Part shown: one piece after another, positions 9,349 through 19,400 of the stretch
Layout of the letters: each line of letters opens with the position of its first letter
How positions within the stretch are numbered: position 1 is the stretch's first letter
IMG/VR virus record: IMGVR_UViG_3300034072_000758
Span: 434,001 to 498,000 of that record
Length of the DNA stretch: 64,000 bases
Direction: 5' to 3' (one strand)
Notes under the pieces: model-generated
What the model saw: the letters and a program-made list of their open reading frames with translations, nothing else
The model's database searches: none
Told to the model about the DNA's origin: nothing
Position numbers and translations under genes: made by a program

Positions 9349-10011
9349 TTAGAACGAAGCAGTCAGCGACAGGACGGTATGGTCCGGTTCGATTTGGGTG
9401 TTGGTGTCATGGTAACGAACGTCAACCGACAGGCGGTCATTCAGCTTGTACGAGACACCGATGTTGCCAGTGTTGTAGGACGACTGCTGGAACGATTGTT
9501 CTCCGAGCGCGCCCGAAACAGTCAGACGATTTGTCAACGGGTACGAAGCATTGACCTCATAGTAGAAAGCCTTGCCAGTCTCACCGAAGAACTGTGGCGA
9601 GTAATAAACGGCTGCGCCGACATTGGCCTTACCAACCGGACGCGAAACGCCAGCCTTGATTTCGCCATAAGCGTAATCGGAACCCTTCGGCTGATCAGGA
9701 TAGCCGGTGTAAATCACGGCGAAATCGAATGTGTATTCCTTGTAGGAAGGGCGGACACCCGCATACAGATTGATTTCAGCATCCGTGCTGTTATTGAAAT
9801 CCACGTTGGACGCAAAAGCGCCGACATATACAGTGTTGTCGAAGGTGTGTTCGACACGGGCTTGAACAGCTTCATGTTGATCGGTTTGGCTGACACCACG
9901 ATCCACATAATCCGAGGCGACGGTTACTGCGTAATTGGTGTCACCAGCCGAAGCCGTTGCCGCCGATACTAAACCGAGAGCGGCGATTGTTGCTGCGATA
10001 AGCACTTTCAT
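9349..10011 (-). CDS. TorF-family putative outer-membrane porin (TIGR02001-like)
   Basis: Signal peptide, VASDYVDRGVSQT motif, alternating beta-strands, C-terminal Phe. Confidence 0.85.
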   Translation of the reverse strand: MKVLIAATIAALGLVSAATASAGDTNYAVTVASDYVDRGVSQTDQHEAVQARVEHTFDNTVYVGAFASNVDFNNSTDAEINLYAGVRPSYKEYTFDFAVIYTGYPDQPKGSDYAYGEIKAGVSRPVGKANVGAAVYYSPQFFGETGKAFYYEVNASYPLTNRLTVSGALGEQSFQQSSYNTGNIGVSYKLNDRLSVDVRYHDTNTQIEPDHTVLSLTASF

Positions 10012-10179
10012 TTTGTTTTTACCTCATGTATTCTGAAAGGAAGCGGAATATACATGATTGGTAAAATGTATGTCAAAATATTTTTTAAATTACGGAAATA
10101 AATTAAATTGACGAAATCGTAAAAAAATCTTAAGATTTTACAAATCTGTCAATAAATAATAGACAGTGAGGAAAAAGTC

Positions 10180-10299
10180 ATGGAATTTCAGTTCAATAAA
10201 GATAAGGCAATGGGATTGTGCGTCACCATTGGAGGCTCCATATTGGGGTGGAGCCTCATTGGTTTGGCAATCTATCTGGCAGTTACGCAGCTAACTTAG
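10180..10299 (+). CDS. 39-aa single-TM peptide (not in ORF track)
   Basis: GTGAGG RBS; MEFQFNKDKAMGLCVTIGGSILGWSLIGLAIYLAVTQLT; 3' end overlaps the endolysin 3' end. Confidence 0.5.
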   Translation: MEFQFNKDKAMGLCVTIGGSILGWSLIGLAIYLAVTQLT

Positions 10300-10915
10300 A
10301 CAGTTTAGCGAAGTAAGCCTTTCGGTCATCGAGACCATTTTTACCGCCATTGATCAGCTTGGTAACAGCTTCAATGTTGTTATTGTCAGCGGCGGCGTTG
10401 ATCTTGCGATCCGACCAGTACAGACAAGCCAGCGTCACGGAAATATCTGGCTGCGCGGCTATCTCTGGGTTCTTGGCCAGATCGATACCGATGCGTTTAC
10501 CGAACTTGACGTAATTGAAATAGCCAGTCAATTGGAAGATACCGCGTCCGCGATACTTTGGACCCATGCCTACAGCATTGTTACCGAGGTCTTTGCGAAA
10601 ATCGTACTTTTGAAGATAGTCGTCAAAACCATCCTTATTGGCATCCTTACCCGACCCCAATTCGCTGAAATAACGGAAGCCTGACGTTTCGTGCGCGGCT
10701 TGAGCTAAGAAATGGAAAATACGTAATTGTGTATTGATCTCATATTTCTTAAGTTCAACGGCCATAGAACGACCCAAAAGAACACTGGTCGATCCGAGAT
10801 TCTTACCGACCATATAATTTATTAATGCTGTAAAAGTCTTTGGTCCCAAATCACCATCAACGATGATTCCAGCACCAGCCAAGTTCAATTTGGCTTGAAT
10901 TGCTTTAACGTCCAT
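10283..10915 (-). CDS. endolysin: N-terminal peptidoglycan-binding domain plus GH19 catalytic domain
   Basis: IQAKLN..G.GIIVDGDLGPKT; FLAQAAHETSGF, YRGRGIFQLTG..NY, TKLINGG.NGL.DR. Confidence 0.92.
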   Translation of the reverse strand: MDVKAIQAKLNLAGAGIIVDGDLGPKTFTALINYMVGKNLGSTSVLLGRSMAVELKKYEINTQLRIFHFLAQAAHETSGFRYFSELGSGKDANKDGFDDYLQKYDFRKDLGNNAVGMGPKYRGRGIFQLTGYFNYVKFGKRIGIDLAKNPEIAAQPDISVTLACLYWSDRKINAAADNNNIEAVTKLINGGKNGLDDRKAYFAKLSKLAA

Positions 10916-11032
10916 TTCAATATCTCCATAAAATGTGTTTTAGATAGAATATTTATCGCCAGATAGCTTGACAGACTGGATATATTTGATATGCTGTCAA
11001 CATATCGTCATTCACTAGAAGGATCACAAAAT

Positions 11033-11743
11033 ATGCTGTTTAACAACGATGTTAAAGCCGCCAAGGTTGCCAAGCCGTCTTCGAAGCCCAAGGCTGTCGA
11101 AGTGGCCCTGCCGGGTATGCTTCAACTGGCTCGCCTCGATGCTCTGATCAAAAGCTTCGCCGGTCTGAAAGCCAAGGTCGAGAGCAAGGTTAAGGACAGC
11201 ATGACCGACTATTTCGTCCGCGTCGGCATGGAACTGTCTAAGCAACCGGAAAACTTCAAGGGTATCGAAGGTCTGGCCAACGGCTCGTGCCAACTCAAGA
11301 TTCGTTCGACGGCTTCCTATCTGACCGACGAAGAACGCGCTCTGCTGGATGCGCACAAGATTTCGACCGTGAAGGTCACATCGCAAGTCGAAACCTTCAT
11401 TATCAATCCGGCCTACGGCACCAACATGGAAATTCTGTCCAAGGTCAGCGCCCTTCTCGAAGCGGCTGCGGAAGCTGGTGAAATTCCGTCCGACCTGTTC
11501 CAGAAGCAAGATGCCGTCGAGTCCTATGTCGTGGACAAGGACGCCATCAACCAAGTCTTCGCCCTTAAGGGTGGAAAAAAGCCCGGTGACCGCGAACGTC
11601 TGATCCGCGCTCTGCTGCCGGTCGTTTCGAGCCTCGCCGTCAAGACGACTATCGAAGAAGATGATCTGGAAAAGAACATCAGCGAGTTCGGTGGTCTGGT
11701 CCGCGAAGCCAAGGCTGTCGCCACTGCTGTCGCTGCGGTATAA
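11033..11743 (+). CDS. hypothetical protein, translationally coupled to the ligase-like gene
   Basis: GAAGGA RBS before MLFNND; strong C/T-ending codon bias; TAATG overlap with next gene. Confidence 0.75.
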   Translation: MLFNNDVKAAKVAKPSSKPKAVEVALPGMLQLARLDALIKSFAGLKAKVESKVKDSMTDYFVRVGMELSKQPENFKGIEGLANGSCQLKIRSTASYLTDEERALLDAHKISTVKVTSQVETFIINPAYGTNMEILSKVSALLEAAAEAGEIPSDLFQKQDAVESYVVDKDAINQVFALKGGKKPGDRERLIRALLPVVSSLAVKTTIEEDDLEKNISEFGGLVREAKAVATAVAAV

Positions 11744-12366
11744 TGGACTATTCCGATTGGCAATTCCTCTACCCACCTCGTCCCGACATCGCTATCCCCA
11801 AAGCTCTTTTGGGATCGTACGAAAAGGACGGGTGGGTTGCTCAAGTCAAGCTAAATGGTACATGTTCGGTGATGGGTATAGCCCCTCACCGAGGTTCCAT
11901 GAAAGCATGGAACAGGCATGGTGAAACTCATTCCGCGTGGCAACCATCGAGTATCAACCTGAATGCGTTTCAAAATCTTCCGGGTGATGGGTATTACGTC
12001 TTCGTGGCGGAACTTCTTCATTCGAAGGGTAACTACAAGAATATCAACTATATCCACGATATTCTTGTGGCGGATGGCGACTTTCTGCTGGGTTACACCA
12101 TGACGGAACGCCAAGACCTTCTTCAATCCCTGTTCCCGACCGAAGATACCGGGTCCGTAAGCCATACTGTAATTGACGACAATACATGGCTGGTGAAGAA
12201 CCACACGACCGGATTTTCCAGTCTGTTTGATAATCTGGATGATGACGCTTACGAGGGTTTGGTTATGAAACAGCCGAACAAAGCTCTGGCGTTTTGCCTG
12301 AAAGAAAAATCGAACTCGGATGGCCAAGTCAAGTGCCGCCGCCCATCTAAGAACTATCACTTCTAA
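11743..12366 (+). CDS. stand-alone ATP-dependent ligase adenylation domain
   Basis: Motif I QVKLNGT (KxNG), III VFVAELL, IIIa YIHDIL, IV EGLVMK, V VKCRR; 207 aa, no OB domain. Confidence 0.75.
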   Translation: MDYSDWQFLYPPRPDIAIPKALLGSYEKDGWVAQVKLNGTCSVMGIAPHRGSMKAWNRHGETHSAWQPSSINLNAFQNLPGDGYYVFVAELLHSKGNYKNINYIHDILVADGDFLLGYTMTERQDLLQSLFPTEDTGSVSHTVIDDNTWLVKNHTTGFSSLFDNLDDDAYEGLVMKQPNKALAFCLKEKSNSDGQVKCRRPSKNYHF

Positions 12367-12420
12367 TACTTGACATATCCCGCTTTTATTGTATGATATG
12401 CTTATATTATATGTAGGAGA

Positions 12421-12714
12421 ATGAATATGTCGAACAATACGGTTGCGGCTGGTGGTGATAAAATCCTCAAGGATGGCATGTATGCTATCAGGTTAGGTGA
12501 TGCCTATAAGATCAACGAAATCCCAAATTCGGGGGTGGGGCCGAACGGTCGCTACAAAAAATTCAGTGTAATGGGGAGCAAGTACAGCTTCGAAGGCTTT
12601 AGCCTTGAACATACTGGCATCCTGCGCGAAGTTTATGAAACCCAAGATGAAGCGCTTGCGGTAGTCAAACAAAGAAAGGCAGAGCATGAAAGTCGGCGAC
12701 AAGGTTTGGTTTAA
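12421..12714 (+). CDS. hypothetical protein
   Basis: AGGAG RBS after the promoter at 12370. Confidence 0.65.
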   Translation: MNMSNNTVAAGGDKILKDGMYAIRLGDAYKINEIPNSGVGPNGRYKKFSVMGSKYSFEGFSLEHTGILREVYETQDEALAVVKQRKAEHESRRQGLV

Positions 12715-13111
12715 ACCCAAGAAATGTTATGTGATCATCGACTTCATTGAAGACGATTACGTAGAAGTTCGATACGGGACCACCGGGTCTACCGTGGAGA
12801 CTACTCTGGCGAGCTTGACCGAAAAGTCGCCAGACGACATTATCAACGATTTCGACCGAGACATTCATGACGCTTTGGGCGAGATCGCGGCTAAGAATGC
12901 GTTCGAATTTTATCTTCGCAGAAACCCGGACCTGATCAAGCAAATTGAAAAGGTCTATGACGCGGATCGTGAAAAATTCAAAGAGTTGGGCGTTACCGCA
13001 AATTCTTTGTCTGAAATGCCGTTCATGGCCCGCCTGAATGTCATGGGGGTGTATCTGAACATGAACGCTCGCGCTCTTATCGCTGGATCGATCTATGGGG
13101 ACTTGTCTTGA
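12686..13111 (+). CDS. hypothetical protein (SH3-like N-terminus)
   Basis: MKVGDKVWF..K...VIIDFIEDDYVEVRY. Confidence 0.6.
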   Translation: MKVGDKVWFKPKKCYVIIDFIEDDYVEVRYGTTGSTVETTLASLTEKSPDDIINDFDRDIHDALGEIAAKNAFEFYLRRNPDLIKQIEKVYDADREKFKELGVTANSLSEMPFMARLNVMGVYLNMNARALIAGSIYGDLS

Positions 13112-13479
13112 CCCGTAATGACCTAATCCAGCGTGTCAAGGGATTTCGGGGCAACAAGGCGGATAAAGCCCGCTGGGATGCCGTGACCACGGCTTTAGCC
13201 GTTGCGAAGAAATGGCCAACCGACATCCCATTCCCTGTAGCGAAGATCGACGGTTACGGAATCGTCACATTCAAAGTAAAGCGAAATGATGCTGTCATAG
13301 GACGCATTGTTTTCAACGGCACCGACATGCTGTTTTCAGCCGGTGATACCGAAACGGCGAAGCGCGAAGATAATCTCCAAACAATTTTCGATGCTTTCAT
13401 GCTGATCATGAATCCCCCACCGAAGACAGCCGGACAAAAACTCTCAGACTTTAAATCGAGATATTTGTCCACAGTCTAA
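13108..13479 (+). CDS. hypothetical protein
   Basis: TTG start overlapping the previous stop. Confidence 0.55.
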   Translation: MTRNDLIQRVKGFRGNKADKARWDAVTTALAVAKKWPTDIPFPVAKIDGYGIVTFKVKRNDAVIGRIVFNGTDMLFSAGDTETAKREDNLQTIFDAFMLIMNPPPKTAGQKLSDFKSRYLSTV

Positions 13480-13486
13480 ATAAAGT

Positions 13487-14077
13487 ATGACTTTAATTCC
13501 AAAAAATGTTCTCATGGGAAAATCCCCGGAGAATGTCGTACTGAACAAAGCTCGCCAAGATAAAACATTAGCGACAATCGTTGATAGTCTGGCATCAATG
13601 ACCTTACAGGACATTGATGCTTTGTCGTATATGAAATATATCAAAGATGGCCTGAAAAAAATAAAGACCAATATGGTGGATGCCCCAGCATCATTTACAA
13701 CATATGATATGATCGAAGCATTTGTTTCTTGGAGCACCGTTCCCGATGTTTTAGGCCACTGCTATACCTATTTGGGAGACACCACCTTTGTTCCAGTTGG
13801 TAATGGTCGCACTTCTTTGGAAATAAAATACGGCGATTTGTTCTTCTGTCCGTTCGAGGGTGGTATCTGGATCGATACCATTTTCTCTGAAAAAATACCC
13901 AGCTTGGCCAAGAAAGACGATGGCGTCGTGGCGTTTATGGAATACAAAAAGCGCGTCCGAGATCGTATGAATGAATCTGTAAATGGGTCCGGCGTTATTT
14001 TTGACAGTCATTCAGACAAAAGGGGCGACACCATAAGCATCGCCCCAAATATCAATTTCACTATACAACGCTTTTAG
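13487..14077 (+). CDS. hypothetical protein (late)
   Basis: 196 aa; TAAATA 4 nt before ATG. Confidence 0.7.
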   Translation: MTLIPKNVLMGKSPENVVLNKARQDKTLATIVDSLASMTLQDIDALSYMKYIKDGLKKIKTNMVDAPASFTTYDMIEAFVSWSTVPDVLGHCYTYLGDTTFVPVGNGRTSLEIKYGDLFFCPFEGGIWIDTIFSEKIPSLAKKDDGVVAFMEYKKRVRDRMNESVNGSGVIFDSHSDKRGDTISIAPNINFTIQRF

Positions 14078-14997
14078 TAACGGAACCAAACATCGCCCTC
14101 ATTACCTCCCGATGGCGCGTTAGGGGAAACGGTAACAGCATAAGATGTCGAAGCACCGCCATTGAAAGAACGAATAGTCTTTTGGTTCACAACCGAAGAC
14201 AAATAGTCATACTCGTTCTTACGTACTGGTTGATCCCCGCCATTTGCTTCTGGTAGACCGGTGATACGATTACCATTCATGTTCAGTGTGCCGGACATTG
14301 TGTCCCCGGCCTTGTGAACTACCAAAGAATCATTGGCTGGGATGTATCCTAGAGCGTCAGTTACCTGAGTGCTATTGATCGAGGTCAATGCGTTTTGTGT
14401 AGGCGTATAACCCAAAGCATCAGTCACGTCTTGACTGGTCAGATTGACGTTCCCACCACGGTTATTGAATGAGGATACATACTGAGCCGGTCCACCGCCG
14501 TCACCGCCGTTGTTCGTGATCCCGGTGATGATACCCTTTTCATTGACCGTAAAAGCTGGGGATGAATAAAAACCGGGCGCGTTGTTTTGAGAACCAGAAG
14601 CGCCACCAAGGGTCGTTGGGAGAGATACCGCGATAGAAACGTTAGCCGATCCATCAAACGATCCAGAACCGGAAACAGCGCCAGAAATAGCAATTGTGCG
14701 GGCCGTTGTCAGCTTGTCAGCGGATGCGGCTTGCTGTGATACTGAGGACCATGCGTTTGAACTATTATATACTTTGAGAACACCAACCGATGTATCCCAC
14801 CAAAGGATACCCTTTCTAGGGTTAGCTGGGGCGGTTGGGCCAGCAAAGTTTTCAACCAAGCTCAAGAAGTTTTGAGCATAGTCATCACCCCAATTGATCG
14901 CATTTTTACCGACCAGAGCAATTGGGGCCGCGCTGGTGTTTACCGTCTCAGCATTGACGGTTACGTTTCCATTATTTGAGAATAAATTATAAGCCAT
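14074..14997 (-). CDS. virion structural protein (baseplate/tail-fibre-like)
   Basis: ALVGKNAINWG...AQNF..LVENFAG.TAP.NP..G.LWWD N-terminus of jumbo-phage baseplate proteins; fibre motifs LTTARTI.ISG, VSSFNNRGG.V.L, VHKAGDTMSG.L.M. Confidence 0.75.
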   Translation of the reverse strand: MAYNLFSNNGNVTVNAETVNTSAAPIALVGKNAINWGDDYAQNFLSLVENFAGPTAPANPRKGILWWDTSVGVLKVYNSSNAWSSVSQQAASADKLTTARTIAISGAVSGSGSFDGSANVSIAVSLPTTLGGASGSQNNAPGFYSSPAFTVNEKGIITGITNNGGDGGGPAQYVSSFNNRGGNVNLTSQDVTDALGYTPTQNALTSINSTQVTDALGYIPANDSLVVHKAGDTMSGTLNMNGNRITGLPEANGGDQPVRKNEYDYLSSVVNQKTIRSFNGGASTSYAVTVSPNAPSGGNEGDVWFRY

Positions 14998-15008
14998 TCT
15001 ACTCCCAA

Positions 15009-15596
15009 TTACGACATGTAAATTCTGATAGTGTATGTGATTTCCAGAGTTCTGTTCAAGGATTTCTGGACCGGGTGGAAGATACAGTGTGTCAAGAGCT
15101 TACCAGCCCCGGCGATTGTTTCATAAGCCTTGAGACCAATTTCATCAAATACGTATGTACCTTCGGTTGTGCTCGACAAATCGGTAGCCATCTGATCGGC
15201 TGGCTCGGTAGCATTGAGCGTACAAACAATCACAACATCTGAATAGATGGTGTTCTGAGCATGTTTCACGCGCATGTAGTTGTTTGTTGGATCGGTGTTC
15301 AGCGGAGACAAATCATTCACAACCTTACGATAAGTTTGGTTATAGATTTGCGCCGTCTTACCGGTTACGTTCGGTGGAAAATATGTGACCGTGCCAATAC
15401 CAGAAACTACCGACCCACCGTTTCCGAAAACCATTTCATGAATGTTCCCGGTTGGACGGTTCGCCAGAGCCAAAGCAAGGGCTTCGCTCATATTTTCGAA
15501 ATGGATACTGTTGAACTTATCCACCAAAACTTCTTTAGTATTCGCGTCAACAATTTTGACATGTCCAACGAATTTCGTTCCAAGCTTATCATTCAT
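15009..15596 (-). CDS. virion structural protein (baseplate-associated)
   Basis: GHVKI.D..T.EVLVDK.N.IH.ENMS, FDEIGL, HPVQKSLNR...I.YT.RI; pattern recalled from jumbo-phage baseplate modules. Confidence 0.65.
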   Translation of the reverse strand: MNDKLGTKFVGHVKIVDANTKEVLVDKFNSIHFENMSEALALALANRPTGNIHEMVFGNGGSVVSGIGTVTYFPPNVTGKTAQIYNQTYRKVVNDLSPLNTDPTNNYMRVKHAQNTIYSDVVIVCTLNATEPADQMATDLSSTTEGTYVFDEIGLKAYETIAGAGKLLTHCIFHPVQKSLNRTLEITYTIRIYMS

Positions 15597-16302
15597 TTCG
15601 TTTACGCCCGCCGCCGCGTCCTTTACCTATTTTGATAGTGACAAAACCATTTTTGGAATTGTAAACATCATAGAATTTTAAATCATTTTCTACACACCAA
15701 GATCGTAAGGCTGTTACCTTGACCGTATTACCATCGGGTTTAGTAACAATCCAATTCAATGCGTTAGCATTATTTGCCCCGGATTGTGCTTCTCTCATCT
15801 TATTTATTGTGTTTTTCGAGTGCTTTTTATCTTTTCGTTGTCTCGACCACAACTCACGAGTTTCGGGGCTTGGTATCCATCCAGTTCTCTTATAAATCAT
15901 CGATCTTGGTTTGGAATGCTTCATCCCTTTTTTGCCACCACCCAATGATTTCTGCGTGATTACTCTATTTGTTAATATACCACCAGCATCTATACCAAAG
16001 CGACCAAACTCTTTTATCAATGCTATTTCTAAAGCGTAAGCATCATCGCTCAACATTAGCTCATTAATAAAAACGATTTCCGGTTCTACCCCGTCATCCA
16101 GCATTTGTTTCAATGCGTTATGCTTGAGTGAATTTAATCGCTTTACAGCGATCTCTCCCTTTGCTTCTCTTACATGCGAATAGCATCTATCATCGCAACC
16201 TTTGCCTATATACAATGGTTGGTGGCGTAATAAATTATGATAAAAGTCTATTCGAGGATCACAAATAGCATAGACATAAAATCTATTCTGGTTCGTCCCC
16301 AT
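15589..16302 (-). mobile_element. free-standing GIY-YIG homing endonuclease with NUMOD3-type repeats
   Basis: FYVYAICDPR...PLYIGKG..DR...H, AY.LE..LI..FGR, SPETRELWS/SKNTINKMREAQSG; AT-rich, overlaps both neighbours. Confidence 0.85.
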
Positions 16303-16423
16303 CGTCCTCTATCTCTGTTCTTACGAATAAATTTTGTACCAAAACTTCGGAAGTATCTTTATCTCTGATCACAAACTGATCATAGATTTTTGGCTTAGAC
16401 ATTTCGTTTGGTGTATCGCTCAT
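16283..16423 (-). CDS. 46-aa late protein (not in ORF track)
   Basis: TAAATA 4 nt before ATG; MSDTPNEMSKPKIYDQFVIRDKDTSEVLVQNLF... resembles the N-terminus of the 15009..15596 product. Confidence 0.6.
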   Translation of the reverse strand: MSDTPNEMSKPKIYDQFVIRDKDTSEVLVQNLFVRTEIEDDGDEPE

Positions 16424-16441
16424 TTGATATTTATTTACTTT

Positions 16442-19400
16442 TTAAACACGATTTTGATCCGAGATGAATATTAATCCATCGTAGACCGGTGTGCCGGTGT
16501 CATAATAAGATTGCTCAAACTTTTTGATCAGATAAACGGTTGTTCCGAAGTTCGGGGCTTTCTTGAAATTGACAGTCAAGCCGCTCGAAGTCGTAGTCAC
16601 CGTATAATCAACAGTGAAAGTCTTCGCAGAAAGGACAGGGAACCCCGTGTATCCATCGCTGGTGATCAGTGTTCCATTAGCATATACCAGAGGCTCATAG
16701 ACCGCCACAGACAGCCCATCCATACTATTTACACCCATCATAGTGAAAGATTTGTTCGATCCATTCCCAGCAGCACTCACCTTGAATATACGCTCATTGC
16801 CGACCGAGGTATTATGTGTCCCGCGACGAAGACCAGACAATTCGGTAACGCCACCATTTACAGTGATATTATCGAACTCAATCCGCTCACCATTGATCCA
16901 AATAACGCCACAACGATCCTGCTGTGTTATGCTGCCATCCAAAGCTTGAACGTCAATGACACGTGGGGGAATAAGATCGCCAGTTACCGACAGATAGATC
17001 GTGGAATTATTCAGATATAATGGTTGACTTAATGTTGCCACAGAAGATGTCATGTCAATAAGACGGAATGAATCTTCTCTCGCAACAAGAATTGGTATAT
17101 CATTTTCTACGGCACCGACGACGCCAGTATCGAACGAATATTCTTCCACTCCACCGGCATCATAGTCACCAGTTTCCTTTGGATTGAAGAGATCATATGC
17201 TGGTCTCGTCAAAGACAATTTATAGCTTTCTGGGGTGATCAGCGGTGCGTCAAACACGGTGACTACAATGTTCGGAATATATTCGTCGGTCGATGGTGGT
17301 ATATAGTCCCCAATACGGATCACTACGCGGTGAAGTTTGTTGTATTCGTTCACCCCAAATGCTTCAAAAATATCCCCGGCTTGGTCCATAAACACAGTTG
17401 GCCCATGCTTACCATAGGTATAACGATCAGATGAAGTACCAGCAAACCAAGAAACTGTATCCAGAGTTGGTCCAGCTACGTTAGACATGTAAGTAAATTC
17501 AGCGGCCTGAGTGTCATACGTAACGACATCAGCTTGAATAGCAAAACCAATGTTACTGTTATGAACTCCACCCATTTCTTTACGCATGACCAAACGATAA
17601 GTATCCGCGTCTAGCTTTTTCGTCGTAAACAACTCAGTGTAACCTACGTTTACTGTGAAGTTATTATCCGAAGTATCGATTACGGTCCCATCAAAACAAA
17701 GATCGGTGTTGGCCATATATGAACCAAAGATCGTATCGAATTGAGTATCGACGGTACACTCCGCCCCCGGAGTAGAGAACGGCACATACCCCATCCAACC
17801 ATTAGGGTAAGCAAACATGTTATTCTTGACGTGCGGGCAGATATTTGACCACGTTACCGAAGTGCCGCCATTGGCGATGTCGGCAGACACATATTCCTCG
17901 TGCGCGAACTGAACGCGGTTCTTGGATATGTAGTAATAGTAACGCATTTCCATAGTACCATTTGCGTAGTTCGGTAAGATAACGCCTTTACCATCGTCTC
18001 GTCCCGCCATAACCAGCGTATAGCTATCATTTAACCACTGTGTTGTATTGGCAATAACGGTATCATCAGTTGCGCTCGGAACATATACTTGATCATTCCA
18101 TTGTGCTATTGGCGGAAGCTTGAATAGTTGTAAACGCGAAACGCTATATCCAGTGGTAGCAGACACAAAGAATGAACCGGTATCTTGATCAAGATGTATA
18201 CAGTTTATGGATGGTCCAATACCAGTCAGATCATTGATACGATAAACGATACCACCGACCCTCACAGGGACTTGGTTGACAGTATCGACTTCATACAAAA
18301 TAAACCACGGGCTATACGAACCATATCCAGTAGGCACACAGCTACCACCCACCACAAAATAATTTGTATCTGGGATACCAACCGCAAACGTGATGGATTG
18401 ATAGAAATCATGCGGGACCGATGATGCTGGACTATCCGCATGAATGGTTACGTTGGCCACGGACTCATATGTGATTGTGCCGGTATTCACGTTCTGGAAA
18501 GAGAATGTTGTATCATCATTTCTAAAACGAATAAACACGGCGGTCGATCCATCTAAAGACAAATGAATTGGTGTATGGCTCCAAACCGAACTTATATCAG
18601 CGCTGTTCGCAACGGCATTGGCCACGAACAAATAAGCTTCGTCTTGTTCTTCCGGGTAAGGAATATCCAGCGGGTTAGCGGCATCCTGATAAACACCGTC
18701 CACACTAATCCAAGTGTATGTCGGCCCATTTAGTGACAGAACAACAGAGTTTTCGTCATTCACCAGAGAAGTCGCCATACCAGCGGCATTTGGATCAGTC
18801 AGATAGGTGATTTGAATTTCATCCCCCGCCGACAACACGGCGGTCATCACAACCGATGATCCCGTTACCGTATATTCATCCGGGTTCAGGCGCAGACCGT
18901 TGACATCCACGAACAATGTCTCCGGTGCTTGACTATTGTTTCCAATCACATATGTCGAGTTCGCATGGTAATTAAACACTTCGATCTGAACATTCGCCCC
19001 AGCGGTCAATTCGCTGAAAGTTCTCAGCGTGATTGTGTCGGCTGGTGTATTTGAAATAACGACCGTTTTGTTCCCGTGATCGACTGAATACAGGCTTGGT
19101 GAAATACGCTTACCATCAGCAAATGGAACAACGACATCCGCATTTTCAGTATAAGATACGAGGTGAACCGTTCCGTTGCTTAAGATGTCGTGATAGCCTT
19201 GTACTGGCATAGAAGCGCCGCCAGACATGAATACGTCAATACTCAAGGTATCGCTCACCGAAGGAGCAACCAACTCTTCTGGGTTATTGCGCTCCATCTG
19301 AAAGCCATCTTGTTCGTTGATAGTATCGTCGCCATCCTGATCGAGAATTGTAAAATCCTTTTCATCCGTGAATGATCCACCATCAATGCGATCATCCTTG

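Noticed and set aside
15589-16302. Group I intron around the GIY-YIG gene
   Set aside because: The ORF fills the interval and overlaps both neighbours, leaving no room for P3-P9 core elements.
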